The notes under the pieces: model-generated
The model's database searches: none
Seen by the model: the letters and a program-made list of their open reading frames with translations, nothing else
What the model was told of the DNA's origin: nothing
Assembly: GCA_949045875.1 (NCBI GenBank)
Contig: CARPYP010000001.1
Location: 57,166-121,165 of the forward strand
DNA length: 64,000 nt
Direction of reading: 5' to 3'
Source of the DNA: an uncultured Clostridia bacterium
Lineage (GTDB): Bacteria > Bacillota > Clostridia > TANB77 > CAG-508
Shown here: in pieces, positions 50,375 to 60,727 of the stretch
Layout of the letters: every line of letters starts with the position of its first letter
How positions within the stretch are numbered: the stretch's first letter is position 1
Position numbers and translations under genes: made by a program

Positions 50375-51385
50375 TTATTTTGTAAAATAGTCTAACATCA
50401 TAGCCTTTTTTACTTTTTCCATAGTCTTTTTGGCTTCTTTTCTTGCTCTTTCTGTACCTTCTGTTAATATTTTATCTACTATTTCTGGATGTTCTTCATA
50501 ATACCTTCTTTTTTCTCTTATAGGTTCAAGTTCTTTATTTATATTGTTTGCTAATTGTTTTTTACATGCTACACATCCTCTTAGTCCTTTTTTACATTCT
50601 TCACATACTGCTTTACACTCTTCTTCTGTACTAAATAATTTATGATAATATGAAACCATACATACATCAGGATTTCCCAAATCGTCCTTTTTTATTCTAT
50701 TAGGGTCTGTTACAGCGTTCTTGACTTTTTTGTTTACCTCTTCTTCTGTGTCTGATAAATAAATAGCATTACCCAGAGATTTACCCATTTTTTCATTTCC
50801 ATCAAGTCCTTTTATTCTTTTTTCATTAGATAAAACTGCTTCTGGTTCGATTAATACATCACCATATATACTGTTGAATTTTCTAACAATTTCTCTACAT
50901 TGTTCAATTAATGGCAGTTGGTCTTCTCCAACTGGTACTAATTCTCCATTAAATGTAGTTATATCTGCTGCTTGGCTTACTGGGTATCCTAAAAATCCAT
51001 ATGTAACACTTTCTCCAAATAGTTCTTTTTTTTGTGCTATTTCTGTTTTTACTGTTGGATTTCTTTGTAAACGTGCAATAGTTACTAGATTAGAATAGTA
51101 AATGGTAAGTTCTGCTGTTTCTGGTATCATAGATTGTATGTATATAGTTGTTTTGTTAGGGTCAATTCCAACAGATAAATAGTCCATTGCTACTTCTCTC
51201 ACATTTTTTCTGACTTTTTCTGGATTGTTAAAGTTATCTGTTAATGCCTGTACATCTGCTATTAATATATATTGGTCATACCCTTCGTTTTGCATTTTTA
51301 CTCTGTTTTTTAAAGAGCCAAAATAATGTCCTATATGTAATTTTCCTGTTGGTCTATCTCCTGTTAAAATTCTCTTTTTTTCCAT
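50375..51385 (-). CDS. trpS: Tryptophan--tRNA ligase with C-terminal Cys cluster (C-x3-C-x2-C-x6-C-x2-C)
   Basis: 336 aa. TGDRPTGKLHIGHY (HIGH) and KMGKSLGN (KMSKS). ...CKAVCEECKKGLRGCVAC near the C-terminus. Confidence 0.9.
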   Translation of the reverse strand: MEKKRILTGDRPTGKLHIGHYFGSLKNRVKMQNEGYDQYILIADVQALTDNFNNPEKVRKNVREVAMDYLSVGIDPNKTTIYIQSMIPETAELTIYYSNLVTIARLQRNPTVKTEIAQKKELFGESVTYGFLGYPVSQAADITTFNGELVPVGEDQLPLIEQCREIVRKFNSIYGDVLIEPEAVLSNEKRIKGLDGNEKMGKSLGNAIYLSDTEEEVNKKVKNAVTDPNRIKKDDLGNPDVCMVSYYHKLFSTEEECKAVCEECKKGLRGCVACKKQLANNINKELEPIREKRRYYEEHPEIVDKILTEGTERARKEAKKTMEKVKKAMMLDYFTK

Positions 51386-51403
51386 AAATAATTATTTTCC
51401 TCC

Positions 51404-51850
51404 CTATTTCATATTTTTATTCTCTATCTCTGAAATTAAATTTACTCTTTCCATATGTCTTCCACCTTCAAATGGTGTAGCTAAAAACATTCTTACAATA
51501 CAAATAGCTTCATTTACACTTATATAATCAGCTCCTAAACCTAAAATATTCGCATTATTATGCATTCTTGAATATTTTGCTGTTGTTTCATTATAACATG
51601 GTGTAGCTCTTACTCCTTTAAATTTGTTTGCAACTATTGACATTCCTATTCCTGATCTACAAATTAATATTCCTGTTTCTGCTGTTTTATTTTGTATTTT
51701 TTCTGCAACTTTAACTGCAAAGTCAGGATAGTTAACGCTTTCTTCTGAATATGCCCCAACATCTTCATATTCTATTCCTGCTTCTTCAAAATATTTTTTT
51801 ATTTCCTCTTTTAATTTATATCCTCCATGATCACTACCTATTACTACCAT
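51404..51850 (-). CDS. rpiB: Ribose-5-phosphate isomerase B
   Basis: 148 aa. VVIGSDHGGYKLKEEI and CRSGIGMSIVANK, typical of RpiB/LacAB. Confidence 0.85.
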   Translation of the reverse strand: MVVIGSDHGGYKLKEEIKKYFEEAGIEYEDVGAYSEESVNYPDFAVKVAEKIQNKTAETGILICRSGIGMSIVANKFKGVRATPCYNETTAKYSRMHNNANILGLGADYISVNEAICIVRMFLATPFEGGRHMERVNLISEIENKNMK

Positions 51851-51899
51851 TAAACTACATTCCTTTCTTTTTTATTATTTATTTTAAATTTTCTGATAT

Positions 51900-52560
51900 C
51901 TATCCATCAAATACAATACCATCTATACAGTTATCATAAATGAATTGTTTTATTCTACAATTATCATCTGTACTATAAAAGTTCGAAAGTAAAATATTAA
52001 ACTCTTCTAATTTATTGTCTGGAACTTTGATAATACCTACACCATTTTCTATCATAATTTTATTTGCACAAATATTACTTGTCCTTTTATTTCCATCCCA
52101 AAATAATTGACTCCTCATACCATATAGCATATATTCAATTGCTCTTTCTGTGGGATTTTCTATTTGTAAAATTTCTTTTATTCTGTTTCCTACATTCTCT
52201 ATGATAGGAATTTCTGGAATATAATCTGTTCCTGTTATTTCTACTTTTCCGTTCTCTAAAGTTTCCCCACGAAAGACTTTCGTTTCTTGCGACATATTCA
52301 TTTACTCTACAAATAAAATCAATGTTAAATTCTTTATCAATATTGTTTATTACATATTTCCAAGCATCTCTTAAATTCAATATACATTGTATTTCATCTA
52401 TCTTCAAGTCTGGAACATTTACTCCATCTAATATTGTTTTAGTCTGTGGAAATGTTATGTTTAAACCTTCCATTCTTGCATTTGCATAAATATTGTCTAC
52501 TAAATTTCTTTTTGCCAAGAATATATTTTGTTCCATTGTTAGATTATATTTATTGCGCAT
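51900..52560 (-). pseudogene. Fic-family protein split by a frameshift near 52285-52300
   Basis: Upstream frame ...RVNEYVARNESL, then out of frame. Downstream frame KVFRGETLENGKVEITGTDYIPEIP...SQLFWDGNKRTSN (Fic motif HxFx[DE]GNxR, degenerate). The ORF track shows two overlapping pieces (52135..52623 and 51900..52301). Confidence 0.6.
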
Positions 52561-52655
52561 ATCATAATTCCCTTCTTTAATGTATAAATTAATTTTTCTT
52601 AACTTATACGCAAAGTATATCATATATTTATCTTCTTTACAATATAATTTTTAGT

Positions 52656-53717
52656 ATGAAAAGAAGAAGTTTTAAATTTATGTTGTTTTCTGTAAAGAAA
52701 AATTTATTATCAATTATTTTTATTTTATTTACAATATCACTTGTGGTATTTTCAAAGTCTAACTTCTCTGCTGCAAAAACAGGTTTATCGTTATGGGCAA
52801 ATTCCGTTGTTCCTTCACTTTTTCCTTTTTTTATTGCAACAGAGTTATTAAGTTATACTAATGTAATTTCAATGCTTGGAACTCGTCTAAATTTTTTAAT
52901 GAGACCACTATTTAATGTTCCTGGAGAAGGTTCCTTTCCTTTTATTATGGGTATAATTAGTGGATACCCAACAGGTGCAAAAATTGTTTCTAAGTTTAAA
53001 AATGATGGTATTTGCACTTCCATTGAGGCTGAACGTCTTTTAGCTTTTACTAATAATTCAGGTCCTCTTTTTATTATTGGAACTGTTGGTATATCCCTTT
53101 TTGGTGATTTACAAGTTGGTATATTGCTTTTGTCTACACATATATTGGCATGCATTACAGTTGGTATTATTTTTAGATTTTGGAAATATGATAAATCACA
53201 TAAGGGTTCATCAAAATATGTATCTAAAGGTTCTAGTAGTTCATCTGCTAATATAAGTAGTTTAGGCAAAATATTAGGTGCGAGTATTACAAGTGCTACT
53301 CACACTGTAGTTCTTATTGGTGGTTTTGTTGTACTTTTTAGCGTAATTATTTCTATTGTTAATAGTAGTGGAGTTTTAGATTTACTTTGCAAAATTATTA
53401 ATCCATTTTTAAGAATCCTAAATATAGATTCTAGGTTTTCCTCTGGGCTTATTAGTGGTATTATTGAACTTACAAATGGCGTGAGTATTATATCTTCTAT
53501 TTCAGTAAAGGCAATTTCTACTAATATTATATTTTGTGCATTTCTACTTGGTTTTGGCGGTATTTCTGTAGTTTTACAGGTATTTAGCATAGTTTCAGAG
53601 GCTGGTATTTCAATTAAACCATATATTTGGGGTAAGTTATTGCAGGGAGTTTTTGCTGCATTATATACTTACTTAATTATAAGTAATTTTCAAATTTTTA
53701 ATTTGGATTTAATTTAA
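52656..53717 (+). CDS. ylbJ: YlbJ-like sporulation integral membrane protein (nucleoside-recognition/Gate domain)
   Basis: 353 aa polytopic membrane protein. Conserved PLFNVPGEGSFPFIMGIISGYPTGAK and NNSGPLFIIGTV segments. Confidence 0.6.
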   Translation: MKRRSFKFMLFSVKKNLLSIIFILFTISLVVFSKSNFSAAKTGLSLWANSVVPSLFPFFIATELLSYTNVISMLGTRLNFLMRPLFNVPGEGSFPFIMGIISGYPTGAKIVSKFKNDGICTSIEAERLLAFTNNSGPLFIIGTVGISLFGDLQVGILLLSTHILACITVGIIFRFWKYDKSHKGSSKYVSKGSSSSSANISSLGKILGASITSATHTVVLIGGFVVLFSVIISIVNSSGVLDLLCKIINPFLRILNIDSRFSSGLISGIIELTNGVSIISSISVKAISTNIIFCAFLLGFGGISVVLQVFSIVSEAGISIKPYIWGKLLQGVFAALYTYLIISNFQIFNLDLI

Positions 53718-54070
53718 TATCTTCTATATCTAGTATTACATCCACATGATGAATTATTATCTAAGTTCTGAGTGTTTAATGTAGTATTAATAGTATTTAC
53801 AGTTGCACAGTTTGTTGTATGATTACAATTATTATCTCTTATAATTTTTGATATTAGTCTTGTGATTATTGCTGATATAAATGCAAGGATTGTATATAGA
53901 ATGGCAAATATTAGGAAATTGGCATCGAAAAACGCAAATGTAACAATTAAAAATATAGCAAAGAATATAGCTGCTACTTTTATGGGGCAATGTAATATAG
54001 TTTCAAATACACTTGCTAGTATAATGGTTGCAATTGGTAATGCAAATAATAACAATAATAAATTAGTCAT
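53714..54070 (-). CDS. Hypothetical small membrane protein (3 TM) with Asn/Thr/Cys-rich C-terminal tail
   Basis: 118 aa. AAAGGAGA RBS 8 nt upstream of ATG. Tail ...DNNCNHTTNCATVNTINTTLNTQNLDNNSSCGCNTRYRRY. Confidence 0.5.
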   Translation of the reverse strand: MTNLLLLLFALPIATIILASVFETILHCPIKVAAIFFAIFLIVTFAFFDANFLIFAILYTILAFISAIITRLISKIIRDNNCNHTTNCATVNTINTTLNTQNLDNNSSCGCNTRYRRY

Positions 54071-54237
54071 ATATATGTATCTCCTTTATTTTTCAATTTT
54101 ATATATACTATTCATTTTATAAAAATTTGTTACAAAGAAAATTTTTATGTTTTTTGTACCTATAACAAACAGCGATTGCATACGCAACCGCCGTTTGAAA
54201 TTTTTAGGATTTAAATCTATTTTGGTTGGAATATCTT

Positions 54238-54447
54238 TTAAAGGATTTCACATTTTATTATCTCCTTTAAACGAAAGGCTCCTCCATACTTTTTCCTCAA
54301 TTGTTCTAAGTACTGTTTCTTCTGCTTCTCACAATGAATTTCATGTTGGAGTATTTCGCTCAAATGCTTAGTTTCTCCATACATTTCTTGCAGTTCTCTT
54401 AAATACCTTTCCTTCTGTGTCCGGTTTAGAACCTCTCCATTTTTCAT
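54238..54447 (-). CDS. Hypothetical 69-aa helical protein
   Basis: AAGGAG RBS 10 nt upstream. Hairpin (gcggttgcgtatgcaatcgc) downstream. The antisense + ORF 54147..54371 lacks an RBS. Confidence 0.45.
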   Translation of the reverse strand: MKNGEVLNRTQKERYLRELQEMYGETKHLSEILQHEIHCEKQKKQYLEQLRKKYGGAFRLKEIIKCEIL

Positions 54448-54707
54448 GTTAATCTACTCCTTTTTTTATTTTTTATTGCTTTGTGACCTTGCCACTTGTA
54501 TTTTATATTGTAGCAAAATTATAGTGAAATGTCAGTTTTATGTTAAGTTCTTGATAATATAATTTGACTTTTTAATGGAAAATTGTTAATTTTTGATTTT
54601 TTGTAATGTATTCCCAGTAATAAATTTTAAAATTTGCTAACAATACCATTAATATGATTTGTGATTTCATATTGAAAAATTTTACTTTAGAAAGGAATAT
54701 TGTTATT

Positions 54708-56033
54708 ATGAAAAGAAAATTTTTATTTATTTTATTGTTAGCTTTTGCTTTTCTTACATTTTTTACTCTTACAGATAATGTAAAAGCTGCTGAACCATCT
54801 TATGGAGATGATGGTAATGGATATATTACTCTTGGTTCTCAAAAATGTTTCTTCGCAAATGGTACACATATTAGTATAGAAGAAAGAGATGATGGAGCTC
54901 AAGGAGCTAAAATTGTATGGCTTAATGGAACTGAGACTAAAACTGTAAATGTTCCTAGTGATATTAACGTATTTGGTGGCGCTCATCATGATGCTACTAA
55001 TTACCCAAGTACTAAAATTACTATGAATGGCGGAACTGTTAAAAATGTATTTGGTGGTGGCCTTCACCAAAGTTCTGTAACAAATGCAGAGGTTATTATT
55101 AATGGTGGAAAAGTAACTGGTAGTGTAACTGGTGGTGGTGCAAATATATTTGCTAATAGTGATTCTGGTTCACATACAGGCTCAAGTTTCGAAACAGTAG
55201 TTACAAATGCAACTACTACTATAAATAATGGTAGTTCCTATAACGTTTTTGGTGGTGGTGAAGGATATTCTACTACAAATAATGTATCACTTAATATTAA
55301 TGGTGGTACTATGAGTTATGTTACAGCTGGTGGTTCTAATGGAACTACTGGTAACGCAAATGTTAAAATTACAAGTGGTCAAATTGCTTTATTACAGAGT
55401 GTTAACCGTGGACAGGTTTCTTCAGCAGACATGCGTGTACTAGGTGGTACTATTGATAAACTTTATGTAGGTGGAGAAACAGAAGATGCTAATGTTACTG
55501 GTTCTATTGGTTCTGTAGGTTTAGATATCACTGGTGGTTCTGTTGTTAATAATTTATACATTGGTAAAAGTGGTGGACAATTAATTGGAACAAATGGAAA
55601 TAATACTAAAGTTGATGTAGATATTTATCTTGGAGCAACTGTAAATATGCCAAATCCAGGTGAATTTCAAAATTTTCCAGTTACACAATATGTTTTTGTA
55701 ACTATAGATGATAATAGATTTGAATTAGAAGCTGGAAAAACTTTAGCTGATATTCCTGAGTTACCAGCTATAAAAAATCTAGCAGGTAAAGAGTTCGTTC
55801 ATTTCGTTAAGGCTGATACTGGTGAAGTTTTTGAGGAATCTACTCCTGTTAATTCTAATTTAGATTTAAAGGCAGTCTATAAAGCTGTAGAAAAACCAGC
55901 TCCTGAAGTTGTACCAGATAAAAAAGATGAAACTCCAAAAACAGGCGAAAATAATTTATTTAATATTATAGCTATAACTTCATTAATTTTCTCATTAGTA
56001 GGATTTGTAATCGCATGCAAAATAAAAAGATAA
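54708..56033 (+). CDS. Cell-wall-anchored beta-helix surface protein with sortase-B-type sorting signal (TPKTG)
   Basis: Signal peptide MKRKFLFILLLAFAFLTFFTLTDNVKA. Repeated G-rich rungs (NGGTVKNVFGGG, NGGKVTGSVTGGG, NGGTMSYVTAGGSNG). C-terminal PKTGE + hydrophobic segment + KIKR. The ORF track start at 54654 is likely too far upstream. Confidence 0.7.
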   Translation: MKRKFLFILLLAFAFLTFFTLTDNVKAAEPSYGDDGNGYITLGSQKCFFANGTHISIEERDDGAQGAKIVWLNGTETKTVNVPSDINVFGGAHHDATNYPSTKITMNGGTVKNVFGGGLHQSSVTNAEVIINGGKVTGSVTGGGANIFANSDSGSHTGSSFETVVTNATTTINNGSSYNVFGGGEGYSTTNNVSLNINGGTMSYVTAGGSNGTTGNANVKITSGQIALLQSVNRGQVSSADMRVLGGTIDKLYVGGETEDANVTGSIGSVGLDITGGSVVNNLYIGKSGGQLIGTNGNNTKVDVDIYLGATVNMPNPGEFQNFPVTQYVFVTIDDNRFELEAGKTLADIPELPAIKNLAGKEFVHFVKADTGEVFEESTPVNSNLDLKAVYKAVEKPAPEVVPDKKDETPKTGENNLFNIIAITSLIFSLVGFVIACKIKR

Positions 56034-56095
56034 CCTATAAATGATTTGATATTCAATAGCATAAATTTAAAGTATAACTATTTTAAATAGTAGGG

Positions 56096-56120
56096 CGGAC
56101 TTTTCCGTCCGCCCATTAAT
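56096..56120. repeat. GC-hairpin family member in reverse orientation (TAGTAGGGCGGAC-tttt-CCGTCCGCCC)
   Basis: Reverse complement reads GGGCGGAC..GTCCGCCCTACTA, matching the family. May double as terminator of the surface-protein gene. Confidence 0.45.
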
Positions 56121-56183
56121 TGCATTTGATGAATTTCATTAAAATATTTTTCACCACATTTTATAAAAAGGAGTAAAATAAAA

Positions 56184-56999
56184 ATGAAGGCTAATAAAAG
56201 AAATAATTTACTTATTATAAAATATATCATTATAATAATATTTTCTATATTAATTCTTATATCTTTTATATTTTTAATAACAACTAAGTATATAGAATAT
56301 AAAGAAAAAAAGGATTATGAGTCTTTGGCTGATTACATTGTTAATAATGAAAATCAAGGTATTTTTATGGATAGTTCACAGGCTAAAGCTAAAGATAAAG
56401 ATAAAGCAGAGAAAATTTTAAAATTGGAAGAACTAAATAATCAATATAAAGATGTTGTAGCATGGTTAGAAATACCTGGTACTAGTATTAATTATCCAGT
56501 TGTACAAGCTCAGGATAATGTTTATTATTTAGACCATACATATAAGAAAACATATTCATCTAGAGGGTCTATTTTTTTGGATAAAGATGTTAGTTTTGAA
56601 AAACCAAGTGATAATTTTTTAATTTATGGCCATAGAAGCAAAAGTGGTACAATGTTTGAAGGATTATTAGAATATGAGAATGAAAGTTTTTATCAAGAGC
56701 ATAAAATAATAAATTTCTCTACATTACAAGAGGATTCTGAGTATGAAATTTTGGCAGTTTTTCGTTCAAGAGTGTACAATAAATCTGACACAAATGTATT
56801 TAGATATTATTTTTTTATAAATGCTGAAAATGAAAGTGAATATAATAATTTTGTATTAAATTCTAAAAAGGCTTCGCTTTATGATACTGGCGTTAATGCT
56901 TCTTATGGTGAACAACTATTAACTCTTTCTACATGTGCATATCATACAGAAGATGGACGATTTGTAATTGTTGCAAAGAAAAAAACAAATATTAATTAA
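56184..56999 (+). CDS. srtB: Class B sortase
   Basis: 271 aa. N-terminal TM anchor. YGHRSKSG (His), LSTC catalytic Cys, downstream Arg. Immediately follows its candidate substrate. Confidence 0.8.
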   Translation: MKANKRNNLLIIKYIIIIIFSILILISFIFLITTKYIEYKEKKDYESLADYIVNNENQGIFMDSSQAKAKDKDKAEKILKLEELNNQYKDVVAWLEIPGTSINYPVVQAQDNVYYLDHTYKKTYSSRGSIFLDKDVSFEKPSDNFLIYGHRSKSGTMFEGLLEYENESFYQEHKIINFSTLQEDSEYEILAVFRSRVYNKSDTNVFRYYFFINAENESEYNNFVLNSKKASLYDTGVNASYGEQLLTLSTCAYHTEDGRFVIVAKKKTNIN

Positions 57000-57023
57000 T
57001 ATTAATACTTGTTTTTTTATTTA

Positions 57024-57536
57024 TTAATTTATATGAAAAATATTTTTAATTTTCTTTATCAAACATTTAAAAATTGAGTCTTTGTATTCAATAATTGTAA
57101 CATTCTCCTCCATAATATTTTCTTTTGAAGTTGTAGCTTGACTATGCTTTTTAAACATATTGTCTGGATTATATTTTTCTCTTATTTCCTCCTGATATTT
57201 TGCTTCGTTTTCATTCAATAATTTTTTATAATCAGTTTTTTGAATATCATTGCACCAATAATTCATATATATTGTAGCTAAAATATCTTTTGTTTTTTCT
57301 TTTAAATCCATTTCATTTATTTTTTTTGAATGGTCTAATTTAGGTGTATAAATTGTTGATTTATTTTTATTCAAAAATTCTTTGAATTTTTCTGGTATCA
57401 TATCTGTATATTCTTTATCCATATGATTTAATATGTCTAATGTTTCAGATATTCCTTCACTAAAACTTGCACTTACCATAAATTCTATCACTCCCTCTTT
57501 AAAGACAATTATATTACTCCCCTCTTGATTGTCCAT
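57024..57536 (-). CDS. Hypothetical 170-aa cytoplasmic protein (second gene of a two-gene operon)
   Basis: Overlaps the upstream gene by 23 nt. No recognisable motifs. Confidence 0.5.
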   Translation of the reverse strand: MDNQEGSNIIVFKEGVIEFMVSASFSEGISETLDILNHMDKEYTDMIPEKFKEFLNKNKSTIYTPKLDHSKKINEMDLKEKTKDILATIYMNYWCNDIQKTDYKKLLNENEAKYQEEIREKYNPDNMFKKHSQATTSKENIMEENVTIIEYKDSIFKCLIKKIKNIFHIN

Positions 57537-58788
57537 CTCTTTTCTTGTCTTTGCTATCTTCTGTAATTTCTGAAATCACTTTATTTATATCTCCTATGTT
57601 TCTATCAGCAACAGTTGCCTCAATTTCTGAAATGGTATGTTTTTCTGCATTTTCTTTTGCTAATTCTTTATATTTTTCTAGTATTTGTTGAATTGATGTG
57701 ATATCAAAACTTATATGTTCAGTATCTATATATTGTTTAATATTCTCATTAGATGGAAAATAGTGGTTTGACATACTATATGTGCTATCTGGTTGACCAT
57801 CTTTGTCATAATAATTCCATACTTCTGAATAATCTTCTTGATATTGTCTTGTTTCTGAATTGAAGTCCATATAATATGCGATAGATGAAATAACAACAGG
57901 TGTATTTTCATTCTCCATATTAAATAGTCTTTTAGTTTCAAATTTTTCTCCATATCGTTTTCCACTTACTTCTTCTCCATATTCAACAATATATGAATCT
58001 ACTGCAGAATATAAACTATCTAGTTCTTTTTCTACTTCTTCACTTCTATCTGTTGGATTTTTTTCTAAAATGGCATTTCCTATTTCTATTACTTTTTCAA
58101 TGTTGTTATCTAAAAATTCCTTATTTTGTTCATACTGAACTTCTTGATATACTTCTCTCATACTTTTAAATCTTTGATTTTTTACAGCTTCTAATATTGG
58201 TTTTAATCTTTCTTCCCAATCTTTATTTTCTTCCATATATGCCTCATTCCAATGATCTATTCTTGCATCTTCAAAATTATCTAATGGAACGAATATACCT
58301 ACTGGACTACTAAATGGTTGAGGATTTAATCCCTCTTCATCATACTCATTTTCCATAATTTCAATTCTAAATCCTTCTACATTGTTCTTTTCACCTTGTA
58401 CCCTTGGCATTAATGCTGCATTATAATCTATCCACACATCATCTGATAACCCTAATTCTTCATATTCTTCATTTGATAAACTTTCCATAATTTCATTTTC
58501 TAATTTTATATTTATTTGTTGTGATATTCCAGAAAACTCATGGTAGTCACAATAACTAATAATAACCTCTTTACTATCTTTTTTAAAAAAGTTAAGTAAA
58601 TGATCTAAATGTAAATCCCCTAGTTCAGATTTATGTTCACCGATATACTTGGCAAATTCCACATCTTCAAAACAATTAGGGTATAATTCTTCTATTTTAT
58701 TCATTTGTTCTTGTAGTGTTTCTTCATTATTTAATCTTTTATTAAAATTTAAAATTGAGCTAATTGTATTAATATCAAAATTTTTCAT
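57514..58788 (-). CDS. Hypothetical 424-aa highly acidic cytoplasmic protein
   Basis: AGGAGG RBS 6 nt upstream of ATG. Perfect consensus promoter upstream. No TM helices or known motifs recognised. Confidence 0.6.
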   Translation of the reverse strand: MKNFDINTISSILNFNKRLNNEETLQEQMNKIEELYPNCFEDVEFAKYIGEHKSELGDLHLDHLLNFFKKDSKEVIISYCDYHEFSGISQQINIKLENEIMESLSNEEYEELGLSDDVWIDYNAALMPRVQGEKNNVEGFRIEIMENEYDEEGLNPQPFSSPVGIFVPLDNFEDARIDHWNEAYMEENKDWEERLKPILEAVKNQRFKSMREVYQEVQYEQNKEFLDNNIEKVIEIGNAILEKNPTDRSEEVEKELDSLYSAVDSYIVEYGEEVSGKRYGEKFETKRLFNMENENTPVVISSIAYYMDFNSETRQYQEDYSEVWNYYDKDGQPDSTYSMSNHYFPSNENIKQYIDTEHISFDITSIQQILEKYKELAKENAEKHTISEIEATVADRNIGDINKVISEITEDSKDKKRDGQSRGE

Positions 58789-58821
58789 AATTTTCCTCCT
58801 ATTTTTATAAAATATAGAATA

Positions 58822-58850
58822 ATTATATAATTATATATATATATTGTCAA
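58822..58850 (-). promoter_or_regulatory. Perfect consensus sigma-A promoter TTGACA-N17-TATAAT
   Basis: Minus-strand reading: TTGACAatatatatatataattaTATAAT, ~30 nt upstream of the AGGAGG RBS of the 424-aa gene. Confidence 0.65.
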
Positions 58851-59072
58851 AGACTTTTTCATTACATTTATATTAAATTTTTGTAACATTAGTAATTTTT
58901 TATATTTTAGTATAAAATATAATTGATTATTATTGTTTTTTTATTTTTTTATATGGTACCATTCTTTTGTTTACAATATAATTATAAATCCTTTCCCATT
59001 TTATGTAAAATAATTATTTCTAATTCAAATCATAAGTTTTACTTATGTATTAGATTACAAAAATATGAGCAC

Positions 59073-59996
59073 CTATTTATAATTTTCCTTTATATATTTT
59101 ATTAGTTTCTTTGTAGCAAATGTTGAAAATTCATCATTTAAAGATATTATTCCAATTGAACCTTCACTCCTTGCCTCATCTAATTTGACCTCTACTATAT
59201 CTCCATTTACTAATTCTTCTCTTACTTCATCTTTTATCAAAAAACCAATTCCCATCCCTCGCATAATAAATTCCTTTTTCATCTGTTCTTGGGCAATTTC
59301 AAAATGGAAATTAGTTATATTATCCTTAAATTTTTCATCAAATATATTTCTGACTGCTGAATTCTTCTTTGGTATGATTAAAGAATAATTATTTAAATCC
59401 TCTACTTTTGAAATTTTTACATTGTTATCTTCAAAATATTTTTTGCTCATTACAAAGATATATTCTTTTTTAGCACATTCAATTGTTTGTAAATTATTGT
59501 ATTCTAATTTATATGGTAGATATAACAATACCATGTCAATTTCCCCTGTGTGCAACATTTCTACTGATTGATTTGGGGCACCTGTTGCTATTTCTACTTT
59601 TATATTAGGATAATCTATACTAAATCTTTCAAGTGCATCATATAGAATTAACTTTGCCACATTACTTCCAGTTCTTATTTTTATTGTACCTTCTTCTAAA
59701 TTTTCATATTTACTAAATCTAAATTCTACATTATCTAATATTTCAATATTTTTATTAGTAAATTCATATAGCATTTTTCCTGTTTCTGTTAATTCTATTC
59801 CTGTCTTAGTCCTTACAAATAAATTACTATTAAGTTGTTCTTCTAATTTCTGAATTGTTTGTGTTACTGCTGGCTGTGAAACAAAAAGTTTCTCAGCAGC
59901 TAATGATATTTTTTTATATTTTGCTACATAATTAAATACTTTATAATATTCAAAATTAATGCTCATTTTATTTCCTCTTCTCAAAAAATTATTCAT
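59073..59996 (-). CDS. LysR-family transcriptional regulator
   Basis: N-terminal HTH (YKVFNYVAKYKKISLAAEKLFVSQPAVTQTIQKLEEQL) and LysR substrate-binding domain. True start probably M11 at 59966. Confidence 0.85.
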   Translation of the reverse strand: MNNFLRRGNKMSINFEYYKVFNYVAKYKKISLAAEKLFVSQPAVTQTIQKLEEQLNSNLFVRTKTGIELTETGKMLYEFTNKNIEILDNVEFRFSKYENLEEGTIKIRTGSNVAKLILYDALERFSIDYPNIKVEIATGAPNQSVEMLHTGEIDMVLLYLPYKLEYNNLQTIECAKKEYIFVMSKKYFEDNNVKISKVEDLNNYSLIIPKKNSAVRNIFDEKFKDNITNFHFEIAQEQMKKEFIMRGMGIGFLIKDEVREELVNGDIVEVKLDEARSEGSIGIISLNDEFSTFATKKLIKYIKENYK

Positions 59997-60727
59997 ATTT
60001 CACTTTTACTAGATATAAGCCTTGTGGTGGTAAAGTCTTTCCTGCTCTTTCTCTATTCTGTGACTTTATTATTTCTGGTATTTCTTCTGGTTTTATTTTT
60101 CCTAATCCTACTTCTAGTAGTGTTCCTGATATTATTCTTACCATGTTATATAAAAAACCATTTCCCGTTAATTCTATATATATTCTATCTTCTTGTTTTG
60201 TAACATCTGCTTTATATATTGTTCTTACACTACTTTTTGATGATGTTCCACTAGATTTAAATGCTTTAAAATCATGTTCCCCTTCAAAATATTTTGCTCC
60301 CTTTTGCATTGCTTTTATATCTAGTTTTCCTGAGAAGCAATATTCCATATTCCTATATATCGCTGTTCCATATTCTGAGTTATTTATTACATATCTATAA
60401 GTTTTTTGTTTACAATTAAATCTACTATGAAATCTCTCTTCTACTTCTTCTGCTTTTTGTATTCTTATTGATTTTTTTAGATATGTATTTATGGCAATTG
60501 GTATTTTTTCTATTGGGATATTAGAGTTTGTTTTAAAGTTTGCAACTTGTCCGTAGTGCATGAACACCTGCATCTGTTCTGCCAGACGCATTTAATTCTA
60601 CTACCTCTCCAGTAATTTTTTGTATTACTTGTTCTATCTCCCCTTGAATATTTAATTTATTGGGCTGTTTTTGCCACCCATTAAACCCGCTTCCATCGTA
60701 TTCTATTGTTAGTTTTATGTTTCTCAT
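59989..60727 (-). pseudogene. truA: tRNA pseudouridine(38-40) synthase TruA interrupted by a +1 frameshift (inserted G on + strand at ~60553, context ACTTGTCC^G)
   Basis: N-terminal piece [21 protein letters not shown]...[11 protein letters not shown] then RTSCKL*. The second frame continues GQVANFKTN...(200 aa). Deleting one base gives the conserved GVHALGQVANF. Confidence 0.75.
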
